A stretch of DNA of 64,000 nucleotides from a bacterium (lineage in GTDB: Bacteria; UBA8248), in contig OY843592.1 in NCBI GenBank assembly GCA_963692865.2, positions 2,912,001-2,976,000 on the forward strand, given 5' to 3'. The translations under genes and the position numbers were made by a program. The notes under the pieces are model-generated. The model ran no database searches, was not told where the DNA came from, and saw only the letters and a program-made list of their open reading frames with translations. Each line of letters begins with the position of its first letter. The first letter of the stretch is position 1. Positions 50,465 to 60,287 of the stretch are shown here, piece by piece.

Positions 50465-53047
50465 ATGAACGAAACGTCCAACAGGCAAATCCGCAAGTTC
50501 AACCCGGGCGCATACCAGTCGGATGAGGAGTTGATGGAGCAATTCGTCGTCCGAAACCGCGAACTGGAAATCGTACTCGAAGTGCTCCGCGCGAACATCG
50601 ACTCCCCATCGTGTCAGCACGTTCTGGCCGTCGCCCCGCGCGGTCGAGGGAAAACCATGCTTCTGGCCCGCGCCGCAGCGGAAATCCGCGCAAACGACGA
50701 ACTCGCCCGACGCCTGTTGCCCGTCCGTTTCATGGAAGAGAGCCAAGAGATTTTCCATATGGCCGACTTCTGGCTGGAGGCGCTGTTTCACCTGGCCAGA
50801 GAGAGCGCCCCTCACGATCCCGAACTCGCGCAAGAACTGCGAGCTACGCACGCCGACCTGGCCGCTCACTGGGGAGATCGGTCGCTTGAAGACCGCGCCC
50901 GCGCCGCCGTTCTGCAGGCGGCGGATCGACTGGACAGAAAACTCGTGCTGATGGTCGAGAACCTGCAAGCTCTGTGCGACAGCGTGGATGCGGATTTCGG
51001 CTGGAAGCTGCGCGGGGCGTTGCAGTCCGAACCCAAGATAATGCTGCTCGCCTCCGCCACCAGCCGCTTCGAGAGTCTGGACGATGCGCAGCAACCCTTC
51101 TTCGAGTTGTTTCGTATCATCTGCCTGGAGCCGCTGACCACCGAAGAGTGCCGTCTCCTGTGGCAGGCGGTGAGTGGGGACGAAGTGAGCGGGCGCGAGA
51201 TCAGGCCGCTTCAGATACTGACCGGAGGCAGCCCCCGCCTCCTCGTCATCGTCGCCGGATTCGCGCGCCATCACTCCCTTCGCCAGTTGATGGAAGAGTT
51301 GGTGACGCTGATAGACGAGCACACCGAGTATTTCCGAAGCCATCTGGAAGTCCTGGCCAAAACTGAACGCCGCGTCTATCTCGCGGTAATCGACCTTTGG
51401 CGGCCGTCGAGCACCTCCGAAATCGCGGCGCGCGCGCGCATGGACGTTCGGACCGTATCGACCATGCTCGGGCGGCTTGTCGAGCGGGGTGCGGTGATCG
51501 TGGAAGGAAAAGGCAGGAAGCGCCATTACGCCGCCGCCGAACGTCTCTACAGCATTTACTACAAGCTGCGGCGCGAAAGAGACGAAGCGGCCGTCGTGGA
51601 GAATCTGATCCGTTTCATGGTGGTTTTCTACAACGAAGAAGAACGGGCGGAGATGTTCCCCCGGCTGATTCGGGAGGCGACGGAATCAGCCGCCATTCGG
51701 GAGGGTCTCGACAGGGCGGCCGCCGGACTCCCGGAATTCGAGAGCCTGTATACCGGCATCATGCAGAGAAGCCGGTGGGAGCATCTAGTGGAGGAGATTG
51801 CAACGGCGTTCAAAGGGAGGGACTTCCAGAAAGTCATCGAGACCATAGGCCGCGCGTTTGCCGTCGATGGCGCAAACCGGTCTCAAGCGTCGGAGTCCAT
51901 CATTGCCTGGCTATTGCTTCGGAAGGCGTATTCACATCAAGAACTAGGCGATTTCGAAGCGGCGATAACAACCTATGAAGAGATAGCCGAACGCTTTGCC
52001 GACAGCGACGAACCTGAAATCCAACAGCGCGTCGCTACGGCGTTGGTAGACAAGGGAGATGTGCTGGAAGAACTCGGCGACTTCAAGGCGGCGATTGCAA
52101 CATACAGTGAGTTAGTCAATCGTTTTGGTGGCAGCAACACACTGGATATCCAATGGTGGGTCGCTACAGCTTTGGTTTGCAATGGAAATGCACTGGAAGA
52201 ACTCGGGGATTTCGAAGCGGCGATTATCACCTACGAGGAAGTTGTCAAGCGTTTTTCAAACAGCAACGTACCTGAAATCCAGTGGTGGGTCGCTGCAGCG
52301 TTAATCAATCAGGGGGATGTACAAAGCGAACTTGGCAATTGCGAAGTAGCAATAGCGACTTACAATGAAGTAGTAAAGCGCTTTGGTAACATCAACTCGC
52401 CGGAGATTCAGGAGCGGGTCGCCGTTGCGTTGGTCTTCAAGGGAATTGTGCGAGAAAAACTCGGCGATTTCGAAAGGGCGATTGCGGCCTATAAAGAAGT
52501 GGTCGAACGTTTTATCGACAACAGTGCGCCGGAATTGCAATTGTGGATAGCGAGGGCATTAGCCGATATGAGTATTGCACAAACTCAAATCGGTCGCGCA
52601 GATGAAGCACTGCACACTTGCGAGGAACTCGAACGAAGACTCGGAACATTCCTGACCGGCGAAGAAGAAACCGAGTTTCGGTGGCGAGTGATGTACACGC
52701 GAGTCTTGGCTCTACTAGGAAAGGGAGAACACCGAGCCGCCATGGACGCGTTTCGCTCCGCGTATGTCGAGTTCCTTCCTCGCAACGAAATCCCGATTCA
52801 CGAAATGCTGCGATTAGTGCCTAACTTGATCGCAGCGGGCGCATCGACCCATAAGCTCGTCGAAATCCTCACGAGCGATGAGACGAAATCCGGCGCGTTG
52901 GCACCCCTGATCGTCGCCCTGCGTCAACATGCTGGCGAGGCTGTTCGTGCGCCGGCGGAAGTGCTCGAAGTGGCTGCGGATATCCTTGAACGTATCGAGG
53001 AACAATCAGAGAAAGGTGTTTCCGGGGCTTCCCGACAACCTGAATAA
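50465..53047 (+). CDS. STAND-like ATPase-wHTH-TPR repeat protein (860 aa)
   Basis: APRGRGKT, degenerate Walker B VLMVENL, TGGSPR, wHTH SEIAARARM...LGRLVERG, five to six 43-aa TPR-like repeats. Confidence 0.8.
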   Translation: MNETSNRQIRKFNPGAYQSDEELMEQFVVRNRELEIVLEVLRANIDSPSCQHVLAVAPRGRGKTMLLARAAAEIRANDELARRLLPVRFMEESQEIFHMADFWLEALFHLARESAPHDPELAQELRATHADLAAHWGDRSLEDRARAAVLQAADRLDRKLVLMVENLQALCDSVDADFGWKLRGALQSEPKIMLLASATSRFESLDDAQQPFFELFRIICLEPLTTEECRLLWQAVSGDEVSGREIRPLQILTGGSPRLLVIVAGFARHHSLRQLMEELVTLIDEHTEYFRSHLEVLAKTERRVYLAVIDLWRPSSTSEIAARARMDVRTVSTMLGRLVERGAVIVEGKGRKRHYAAAERLYSIYYKLRRERDEAAVVENLIRFMVVFYNEEERAEMFPRLIREATESAAIREGLDRAAAGLPEFESLYTGIMQRSRWEHLVEEIATAFKGRDFQKVIETIGRAFAVDGANRSQASESIIAWLLLRKAYSHQELGDFEAAITTYEEIAERFADSDEPEIQQRVATALVDKGDVLEELGDFKAAIATYSELVNRFGGSNTLDIQWWVATALVCNGNALEELGDFEAAIITYEEVVKRFSNSNVPEIQWWVAAALINQGDVQSELGNCEVAIATYNEVVKRFGNINSPEIQERVAVALVFKGIVREKLGDFERAIAAYKEVVERFIDNSAPELQLWIARALADMSIAQTQIGRADEALHTCEELERRLGTFLTGEEETEFRWRVMYTRVLALLGKGEHRAAMDAFRSAYVEFLPRNEIPIHEMLRLVPNLIAAGASTHKLVEILTSDETKSGALAPLIVALRQHAGEAVRAPAEVLEVAADILERIEEQSEKGVSGASRQPE

Positions 53048-53078
53048 AGCCGCGTGGATATTCCCAACAACCTTCCCC

Positions 53079-54152
53079 TCACCCATTCCCAACCATCCGC
53101 GCCGCGAGGATGAGCGCATCCGCCATGCTGGCGGGGTCGGCGAGGCCGCGCCCGGCGATGGGATAGCCCGTCCCGTGCTCGACCGAGGTCCTGACGATAG
53201 GCAGGCCCAGCGTGACGTTGACGCCGCGCACGCTCGCCTGCCCCCGGGAGTCGAAGCGAAAGCACATCAGCTTGCCCGGAATGTGGCCCTGATCGTGATA
53301 CATGGCCACGACGCCGCTGTAGTAGCCGCCGCGCAGTTTGCCGAAAATCGTGTCCGGCGGCTCCGGGCCGTGCGCGTCGACGCCCATCTTCCTTAAATCC
53401 GCAACCGCAGGCGCGATTTCCTCCATCTCCTCTTTTCCGAACAGACCCGCCTCGCCCGCGTGGGGATTGAGCCCCGCAACGCCGATTCTGGGCGTTTTGC
53501 GGTCGAGCAGGCGCAGGGCGTCGTCCAGAACGCGCGCCACGTAGACGATTCTCTTTTGCTTGACGCGCCGGAGCGCGACTCGCAAGGGGCAGTGGGTGGA
53601 CAGGTGCGCGATGCGAATCCCCCGGTGCGCCAACATCATCACGGGCTGGCCGCCGTTGCACAGATCGGCGAGCATTTCGGTATGGCCGGGGTAGTCGTAG
53701 CCTCCGGCTTGCAGGGATTCCTTGTTGATCGGCGCAGTCGCTATGGCGTCCACAAAGCCCGCGCGCGCCATCGAGACGGCCCTTTCGATGTACCGGCCCG
53801 CCGCCGCACCCAGTTCGGGGAGAACTTTTCCGTACACGCGGTGCTCGGGAGCGACGTTTTTGAGATCGATCACGGGCGTGGCGGCCGAGCCTTCGTATTG
53901 CGCCAGTTTCGCCTCATCGGTTACCCGCTCCAGACGCGCGGGAATCTTCATCCGCCGGGCGTGTTTCCTGAGCACGGCCATATCGCCCACGATGAGGGGC
54001 GCGCATTTTTTCAGCACGCTCGGCTCCAGAGCGGCCTTGAGGCACACCTCGGGTCCCACCCCCGCCGGGTCTCCCATGGTCATGGCGATTACGGGTCTTC
54101 GCTTCAACGCGGCTTCCTTTTCTGCTCGGCGCGTCATGCGCAGAAAACGCAC
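53079..54152 (-). CDS. pdxA: 4-hydroxythreonine-4-phosphate dehydrogenase family
   Basis: TMGDPAGVGPE, PGHTE, GLNPHAGE, AMYHDQG, NVTLGLPIVRTSVEHGT; start uncertain. Confidence 0.93.
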   Translation of the reverse strand: MRFLRMTRRAEKEAALKRRPVIAMTMGDPAGVGPEVCLKAALEPSVLKKCAPLIVGDMAVLRKHARRMKIPARLERVTDEAKLAQYEGSAATPVIDLKNVAPEHRVYGKVLPELGAAAGRYIERAVSMARAGFVDAIATAPINKESLQAGGYDYPGHTEMLADLCNGGQPVMMLAHRGIRIAHLSTHCPLRVALRRVKQKRIVYVARVLDDALRLLDRKTPRIGVAGLNPHAGEAGLFGKEEMEEIAPAVADLRKMGVDAHGPEPPDTIFGKLRGGYYSGVVAMYHDQGHIPGKLMCFRFDSRGQASVRGVNVTLGLPIVRTSVEHGTGYPIAGRGLADPASMADALILAARMVGNG

Positions 54153-54319
54153 CCCGTCCGCAAGAATCCAAGCATATCACTTCGGGCAGGTTATCATATT
54201 CCCGCCGTCTCCGATTCGAGCAAAAATTTCGCCGGGAACCCTTGACTTCAAAGACGCGCGGCGCGGAAGATGGCCCTTCGGCAGATGAGAATATGCAATT
54301 CCCACCGAGAGGAAAATCC

Positions 54320-54829
54320 TTGAGCGATAAGGGCGCAAGCGCACAGAAAACCGTTCAGAAACTTCACGAACTCGGCTTCACGCACGCTCTCATGATCCCC
54401 GACAGCGAGAGCCGTCTTCTATACGAAGCGCTGGAAAACGACCCCGAAATCGACCTGATCACCCCCTGCCGGGAGGGAGAGTCGGTCGCCATTGCGGCAG
54501 GACTCTGGACGGGCGGCCTCAAACCCTTGCTCGTCATTCAGAACACGGGCCTGATGGAGGCGGGAGACTCCCTGAGGGGCTGCGGCGTCGGCCCCAGGGT
54601 GCCCCTGCGCATGATGGTCGGCTGGCGGGGGTACGGCGGGGCGATGGCGGGCAAGCTCCCCATCGATTCGGCCTATACCTTCACGGAGCCGCTGTTCGGG
54701 GCGTGGAAAATCCCGACCTGGCGCCTCATGTCCGACGACGACCTGGGAACGCTCGAACTGATGGACCAAACTGCGGCGGATACTTCCTATCCGGCGGCCG
54801 TGATCACCGGCTACGGGTTCAAACCCTGA
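54320..54829 (+). CDS. TPP enzyme alpha subunit (sulfopyruvate decarboxylase ComD-like)
   Basis: IPDS, REGESVAIAAG, IQNTGL, GWRG; TTG after GAGG. Confidence 0.72.
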   Translation: MSDKGASAQKTVQKLHELGFTHALMIPDSESRLLYEALENDPEIDLITPCREGESVAIAAGLWTGGLKPLLVIQNTGLMEAGDSLRGCGVGPRVPLRMMVGWRGYGGAMAGKLPIDSAYTFTEPLFGAWKIPTWRLMSDDDLGTLELMDQTAADTSYPAAVITGYGFKP

Positions 54830-54842
54830 AAGGCGGACTCCC

Positions 54843-55427
54843 TTGATAGAGCGCATGGATCTGTTCCGAACCGTGGCGGAACAAAGGACAAACGAGATCG
54901 TGGTGATGACGATGACGGCCACCCTGCAGTGGCCGCTGGTTTCCGAGAGTGACCTCGATTTCGATTTTCTGGCCTTCGGCATGGGGCACGCCGCCGATTT
55001 CGGCTTAGGGTTAGCCATCGCCCGGCCCGAGCGAAAAACCATCGTCTGGAAGGGCGACGGGGGAATGCTGATGAGCCTGGGCTCGCTGGTGACGCTGGCG
55101 CGGTATGCGCCGGAAAACCTCGTGGTCTTCCTGCTCGAGAACAGGAGCTACGAGATGGTGGGCGGGCAGGAGCTCCCCCCTCGGGCCGATTTCGTCGAAC
55201 TGGCGCGCGCCTCGGGATTCGAGGGCGGCGGAGCGACGTCCAAAGGCAAGGTCGAGCAAATCGATTCTCTCGAAGCGTTTCAGAACGCCCTGCCCCGCAT
55301 ACTTGCCGAGGCGGGTCCCCATTTCATCGTTTTGCCGGTTACGAACAGGGAAAAACTTCCGCCGGTGAACCACTCCGATCATGCAGGGAGAATCCGGGGC
55401 CTGAGAAAGGCCCTGAACGTTTCATAA
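54843..55427 (+). CDS. TPP enzyme beta subunit (ComE-like)
   Basis: GMGHA..GLGLA, GDGGMLM...ENRSY TPP-binding motif. Confidence 0.75.
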   Translation: MIERMDLFRTVAEQRTNEIVVMTMTATLQWPLVSESDLDFDFLAFGMGHAADFGLGLAIARPERKTIVWKGDGGMLMSLGSLVTLARYAPENLVVFLLENRSYEMVGGQELPPRADFVELARASGFEGGGATSKGKVEQIDSLEAFQNALPRILAEAGPHFIVLPVTNREKLPPVNHSDHAGRIRGLRKALNVS

Positions 55428-55442
55428 GCCCCCCACAGGGCC

Positions 55443-56132
55443 TCACTTGTGAACCAATACCCTCCCCAGTTCGTCGAGCGAGGTGATTTCCGCGTCGATT
55501 TCATGCGGGACGCGCTCTTTTTTCTGCGCAAAGCGATTCACCCAGACGACGCGGTACCCGAAATGAGAAGCGCCCGCGATGTCCCAGCCGTTTGAGGAGA
55601 AAAAACATATCCTATCGGCGGGAACACCAAGGCGGTCCACCGCCAGTTGATAGACCGATGCGTGCACCTTGAATATCCCCACACTCTCTACGGACAGGAT
55701 TTCTTCGAGATATTCCTCGATTCCGGCGTTTTTCACCGCGCTGTCGAGCATTTCGGGAGAACCGTTCGAGAGAATCGCGGCCCGTACTCCGTCTTCCCGC
55801 AGCTTTTTGAGCACGCCCCCCACTTCAGGGTACGCGCTCAGTTGCTTGTAGAGCATCATGAGTTCTTCGCGAAGGCCCGGTCTCTCCATTCCCAGCGTAT
55901 CCATGGCGAAATCGAGCGCATCGCCCGTTACCCGCCAGAAATCCGCATGGTTGCCCATCAGGCTTCTCAGCCACGTATATTCGATCTGCTTGGTGCGCCA
56001 GAGCGAGGAGAGCGCCTGCCACCCCTCGCCGATTTCTGATTGTTTTTCCGCCGCCGCAGCGGACACGTCGAACAGGGTGCCGTAGGCGTCGAACAGACAC
56101 AGGTCGATTTCATGATCACCCAGCAGGAGCAT
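55443..56132 (-). CDS. (S)-2-haloacid dehalogenase type II
   Basis: FDAYGTLFDV, WRTKQIEY, LSNG, SSNGWDIAGA. Confidence 0.88.
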   Translation of the reverse strand: MLLLGDHEIDLCLFDAYGTLFDVSAAAAEKQSEIGEGWQALSSLWRTKQIEYTWLRSLMGNHADFWRVTGDALDFAMDTLGMERPGLREELMMLYKQLSAYPEVGGVLKKLREDGVRAAILSNGSPEMLDSAVKNAGIEEYLEEILSVESVGIFKVHASVYQLAVDRLGVPADRICFFSSNGWDIAGASHFGYRVVWVNRFAQKKERVPHEIDAEITSLDELGRVLVHK

Positions 56133-56168
56133 CTGTCATCCACCTCCTCGAAGTGCGGGGATTCCCCG

Positions 56169-57143
56169 CTAGGGCGCCAAATTTATCTTGCCCAAAAACT
56201 TGCCGCTCAGAAGAACCTCGTGCGATTCGTTCGCCTGCCCCAGCGGAAGCTCTCGTCCGATATGCGGCTTGACGGCTCCGCCCTCCAGTAAGGGCTCCAG
56301 ACGCTTCAGAATGCCCGGGACGAGGGGATTCAGATTGCCCGATGAGAGCGCCAGTATCCGGGCGTCCCGCCCCATGGCCGCAGGCAGGGGAATCGTCACA
56401 TCCGGCCCTTTGCCCGTTCCGGTCCCAACGATGACGATCCGGCCGTTGATGGCGTTGAGCTTGAGATCCGAAGGCAGGTTGTCACAGCCTATGTTTTCGA
56501 CGACGACATCGACGCCACGGCCCGAAGTCAACTCCATCACGCGCTCGGGCACGTCTTCTTCCCTGTAATTGATGGCCGCATCGGCGCCCGCCGCCAGGCA
56601 AAAGTCCGCCTTCTCCTTGGAACTCACCGTCGCAAACACCCGGCAGCCCATCGCGCGGGCGAGCTGAACCGCCAGATAACCCACGCCGCCGGCTCCCCCC
56701 TGCACGAGCACGCAATCGCCCGGAGCCGCCTCTCCCTTCACAACCAGGGCGTTCCAGGCCGTAAGGAGCGGGATTGGCAGCGCGGCCCCTTCCGCGAAGG
56801 AGATGGAATCCGGCAGTTTTCCCGTCGAGCCTGCGGGAATCAGCCCTTTTTCGGCGTACGCTCCGGTGGACGCCCTGCCCCACACCCTGTCGCCCGGCGC
56901 AAACGCCTCGACGCCCTCGCCCACCGCCTCCACTTCACCCGCGACGTCCGTGCCGCAGGTATAGGGCAGCGTCATCGCCCCCGCGCGCGGATGATTCCCC
57001 GTGCGTATGGCGACTTCCAGAGGGTTCACTCCCGCCGCTGCGATTCGCACCAGCATCTCCCCCGGCCCAGGCTTCGGCTCCGCCACTTCCTCCAACTCCA
57101 TCGGATTCTCCAGCCCGAACCGCATCACTCTCACAGCTTTCAT
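56169..57143 (-). CDS. NADPH:quinone reductase (MDR/zeta-crystallin)
   Basis: AAGVNP, VQGGAGGVG, GRGVDVV, GKINL. Confidence 0.88.
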   Translation of the reverse strand: MKAVRVMRFGLENPMELEEVAEPKPGPGEMLVRIAAAGVNPLEVAIRTGNHPRAGAMTLPYTCGTDVAGEVEAVGEGVEAFAPGDRVWGRASTGAYAEKGLIPAGSTGKLPDSISFAEGAALPIPLLTAWNALVVKGEAAPGDCVLVQGGAGGVGYLAVQLARAMGCRVFATVSSKEKADFCLAAGADAAINYREEDVPERVMELTSGRGVDVVVENIGCDNLPSDLKLNAINGRIVIVGTGTGKGPDVTIPLPAAMGRDARILALSSGNLNPLVPGILKRLEPLLEGGAVKPHIGRELPLGQANESHEVLLSGKFLGKINLAP

Positions 57144-57173
57144 CTCGCTCTCCTTCTTTGCCTCGGTTCGCGG

Positions 57174-58148
57174 CTACGGAACCAGAACGACCTTGCCCAG
57201 GAACTGACCTTCCAGAACATAATCATGCGCCTCGTTCGCTTCCTCGAAACTCGACGCCTTGTCGACGTTGATCTTAAACGCCCCCTCTTGCAGCAGGGGC
57301 GTGAAACGGCGCACCAGCTCCGGCATTTTCGGAAACAGATTCACCACGGCCAGCCCCAGCACCACGGCGTCTTTCGTCATGACTGCAGGCACCCGGAATT
57401 CCGCGCCCGGCCCTTTCCCCGTGCCCGTGCCGATGACGATGATTCTCCCATCCACCCGGATGGCGTCCAGGTCCTTGTCGAAATTATCGCAGGCGCAAAG
57501 CTCGACGACGACGTCGACGCCGCGTCCGCTGGTGAGCTCCATGCAACGCTCGGCGAAATCCTCCTCGCGGTAGTTAATCGTCTCGTCCGCGCCCATGTCC
57601 TGGCAGAACTTCGCCTTCGCATCGGAACTCACCGTCGCGAAAACGCGGCACCCCAGACGCTTGGCGAGCTGAATCGCCGCCATGCCGACGCCTCCCGCGC
57701 CGCCTTGCACCAGCACCGTCTCGCCGGGGCCCGCGTTGGCCTTGATGACGAGCGCGTTCCAGGCCGTGTAGAACGCCACCGTGATGCACGCCCCCTCTTC
57801 ATAAGAGTAGGCCTCGGGCAACTCGGCCGTAGCGTCGGCCGCGAGCCGCACGTTCTCGGCGTAGCTTCCGCCGATGGCGCGGCCGTATACGCGCTCCCCG
57901 ATCCGCCGGCCCGCCACACCATCGCCCAAGGCGATGATCTCTCCCGCCGCCTCGGCTCCGGGAACATAAGGCGGCGTAACCAGTTTGGCGTAAGGGTGCT
58001 TGGCGGCCCGAATGGCAAGGTCCACCGGGTTCACACCGACTGCCCCGGCCTTAATCAGCACTTCGCCGGGCGCAGGCTTCGCGTCTTCCACCTCATCCAC
58101 CCGCATGGGAACGTCCATGTTGAATTGATGCACGCGCACGGCTTTCAT
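57174..58148 (-). CDS. NADPH:quinone reductase (tandem paralog)
   Basis: Same length (324 aa) and motifs as the neighbour. Confidence 0.88.
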   Translation of the reverse strand: MKAVRVHQFNMDVPMRVDEVEDAKPAPGEVLIKAGAVGVNPVDLAIRAAKHPYAKLVTPPYVPGAEAAGEIIALGDGVAGRRIGERVYGRAIGGSYAENVRLAADATAELPEAYSYEEGACITVAFYTAWNALVIKANAGPGETVLVQGGAGGVGMAAIQLAKRLGCRVFATVSSDAKAKFCQDMGADETINYREEDFAERCMELTSGRGVDVVVELCACDNFDKDLDAIRVDGRIIVIGTGTGKGPGAEFRVPAVMTKDAVVLGLAVVNLFPKMPELVRRFTPLLQEGAFKINVDKASSFEEANEAHDYVLEGQFLGKVVLVP

Positions 58149-58244
58149 CAGAATTCACTCTCCTCGGTTTTGAGAATCAGTCCGAAAGTTATCGAACGAT
58201 AGAAAGAATCCACCTCATAACTCATAAAAACATACGAAGAATCA

Positions 58245-59096
58245 CTAATACTCATCCGTCCAGCTTCTGCGGCGTCTTTCGCCTGCGTCACATGGCGGGG
58301 CCGCTCTCGACACCAGAACGGCGCTTTCCGGAGGGTCCGGCGGATCAACCGCTCGTTTCTTTTCTTTTTCCGGCAAGTTGACAATCTCCAGAATCAGTTT
58401 CCTGCGGATGGCGCGTCCGAAAGACTTGAAATCATTCGCTACCACCAGGAAAGCGCGCCTGCCTCCGATGACGCATTTCCTGTAATACAGATCCAGGTTC
58501 GGCATCGGCATCCTTCCCCAGGGGCTCGGACGGTTGTTCATGATGGGAAGCCCGTTAATCGTCACGCCGGCGCGCAAGGCCTTGTCCCGCGCATGAATCA
58601 CGAAATCTCCGCTGTTGTTCGGACCGTCGCCGGAAATGTCGATTACGCGGCGCTCACTCTTGTAACCGTTGTTCTCGAACAAGGGAAGTGCGAACTCTAT
58701 CGCGCCGCTGATTGAGGTGTAGGGACCCACCCCCACCGGTTTTCGAGAGAGCTCGGAAGCGAACTCCTCGGCGCTCGCTTTGTCATGAATCTGCCTCCAG
58801 CCCACGACGACTCTCTGGAAATCGAAGCCCGCCCATTCCATATAACTGACCGCAATGCTTTTGCGCCTCCCGGATTGAATGGCGCGCAAAACCGAGGGGG
58901 AGCGAAAGGCGTCCACGTACCCCATCCGCTGGAGCTTGCCTTCTTCCTCGTCCACGCTCCCGGAAACATCGACGGCCAGGACGAGTTCCAAATCCACACC
59001 GACCGGAGCAGGCCACGCGAGACTCGAACCCAGCAGAATCGCGAAACCAGCCATGAGCACCGCCCGACCGCCTCCCACCCTCAGGTAGCGCATCAT
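58245..59096 (-). CDS. DUF1194 vWA-like secreted protein
   Basis: Signal peptide, VDLELVLAVDVSGSVD, RVIDISGDGPNN, GVTINGLPI, CVIGG. Confidence 0.85.
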   Translation of the reverse strand: MMRYLRVGGGRAVLMAGFAILLGSSLAWPAPVGVDLELVLAVDVSGSVDEEEGKLQRMGYVDAFRSPSVLRAIQSGRRKSIAVSYMEWAGFDFQRVVVGWRQIHDKASAEEFASELSRKPVGVGPYTSISGAIEFALPLFENNGYKSERRVIDISGDGPNNSGDFVIHARDKALRAGVTINGLPIMNNRPSPWGRMPMPNLDLYYRKCVIGGRRAFLVVANDFKSFGRAIRRKLILEIVNLPEKEKKRAVDPPDPPESAVLVSRAAPPCDAGERRRRSWTDEY

Positions 59097-59135
59097 TTCC
59101 GCCCGCTCCTCGGGTTTTCGCGAATCACCGGAGAA

Positions 59136-60137
59136 TCACTTCTCTTTCAAAACGCCGGCAGCGGATTCCAGTTCCAGGCGAATCTGTTCTATCAGGGAGG
59201 CATACATGTGTTTTTCTGTCAGCAACGCCCTGGTCTCCTCCGCCACTTCCCGCCGTTTGCCCAAGGCGTAATCACAGCGAAGAATCCGCCACCGCGAAAA
59301 CCGGCGGTAGAGTTTCGTGATGTCGCCTTCGGACCGATTGAATCTCGACTGCAATTTCGCATATTCCGCTCGCGCGCGCGGGTAATCCCCCGCGATGAAA
59401 AAACTTTCCGCATACGCGATGTCGTACAAGGGGTTCTTTGGATAGCGCCCGCGCAGGAACGCGGCGTCCTTTCGCGCCTCCTTGAATTTCTCCACCCGGT
59501 AGAGCGCCCAAATGAGAGCCAGCCGCGCCGAATTGGATATCCACCCTTTTGCATCGACCGCGCGGCGCAGATAGGTCCTGCCCTTCCCGCTCGTATCGCC
59601 GATGAAAAACCGGAACATCCTCACCCAGCTCTCGGTGCTTCCCCGGATGTGGTAAATCCCCAGCCCGTAGTAGGCGTCGTGAAGTTTCGGATCCAGTTCG
59701 AGCGCCTTTTCCAAGTGCTCCTGCATGGCGCCGGCACGCAGGAACGCTGTGAGGTAGCTGCCGCCGTCGAGCGCGTCGACGATCCGCATGCCCTCCGTCA
59801 GGCCGGCGACGAGGAGGGCTCTCGTGTCTTTCGGGTTTTTCTCCAGCAAAGCCTCGGAGAGGGCGAGGGCCTTCTCCGCGTTTTTCCGCCATGTTTCCTT
59901 ATAGCCCTTGCGCTGGATATGCCCTTTGAGTATGTGGAAAACCGACGCCTTGAAGAAATATCCCTCCGGGCGCTCGGGCGACGACGAGATCACGCGATCA
60001 AACGTATCCGAGGCGGCCGAATAATCGCCGGAGGCGACCTGCTCGAGGCCTGCGTCAATCGACTTTACATTCAGGGGCGCGCCATGACACACGCTCGCCG
60101 AGACCGAGGAAACGACGAACAAAACACACGCTTTCAT
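59136..60137 (-). CDS. Secreted TPR-repeat protein
   Basis: Signal peptide, KALELDPKLHDAYYGLGIY. Confidence 0.7.
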   Translation of the reverse strand: MKACVLFVVSSVSASVCHGAPLNVKSIDAGLEQVASGDYSAASDTFDRVISSSPERPEGYFFKASVFHILKGHIQRKGYKETWRKNAEKALALSEALLEKNPKDTRALLVAGLTEGMRIVDALDGGSYLTAFLRAGAMQEHLEKALELDPKLHDAYYGLGIYHIRGSTESWVRMFRFFIGDTSGKGRTYLRRAVDAKGWISNSARLALIWALYRVEKFKEARKDAAFLRGRYPKNPLYDIAYAESFFIAGDYPRARAEYAKLQSRFNRSEGDITKLYRRFSRWRILRCDYALGKRREVAEETRALLTEKHMYASLIEQIRLELESAAGVLKEK

Positions 60138-60287
60138 ATATTGGCGCAAGTCGGCTCCTCCGGTGAGCAGGCGGCGACAGCCTCCGGGGTCGGGCGGGCG
60201 TTTCCCCGAAGGACGGTTTGCCCGCGCTCGGGATTGGGCCTATCGTAGTATTGATGATTCGGGTATTTCAACCACGGCGGGGCGACG

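Noticed and set aside
51905-52640. CRISPR-like regular repeats
   Set aside because: The period is 129 nt, in frame and degenerate at wobble positions, so these are protein repeats; no cas genes in the window.
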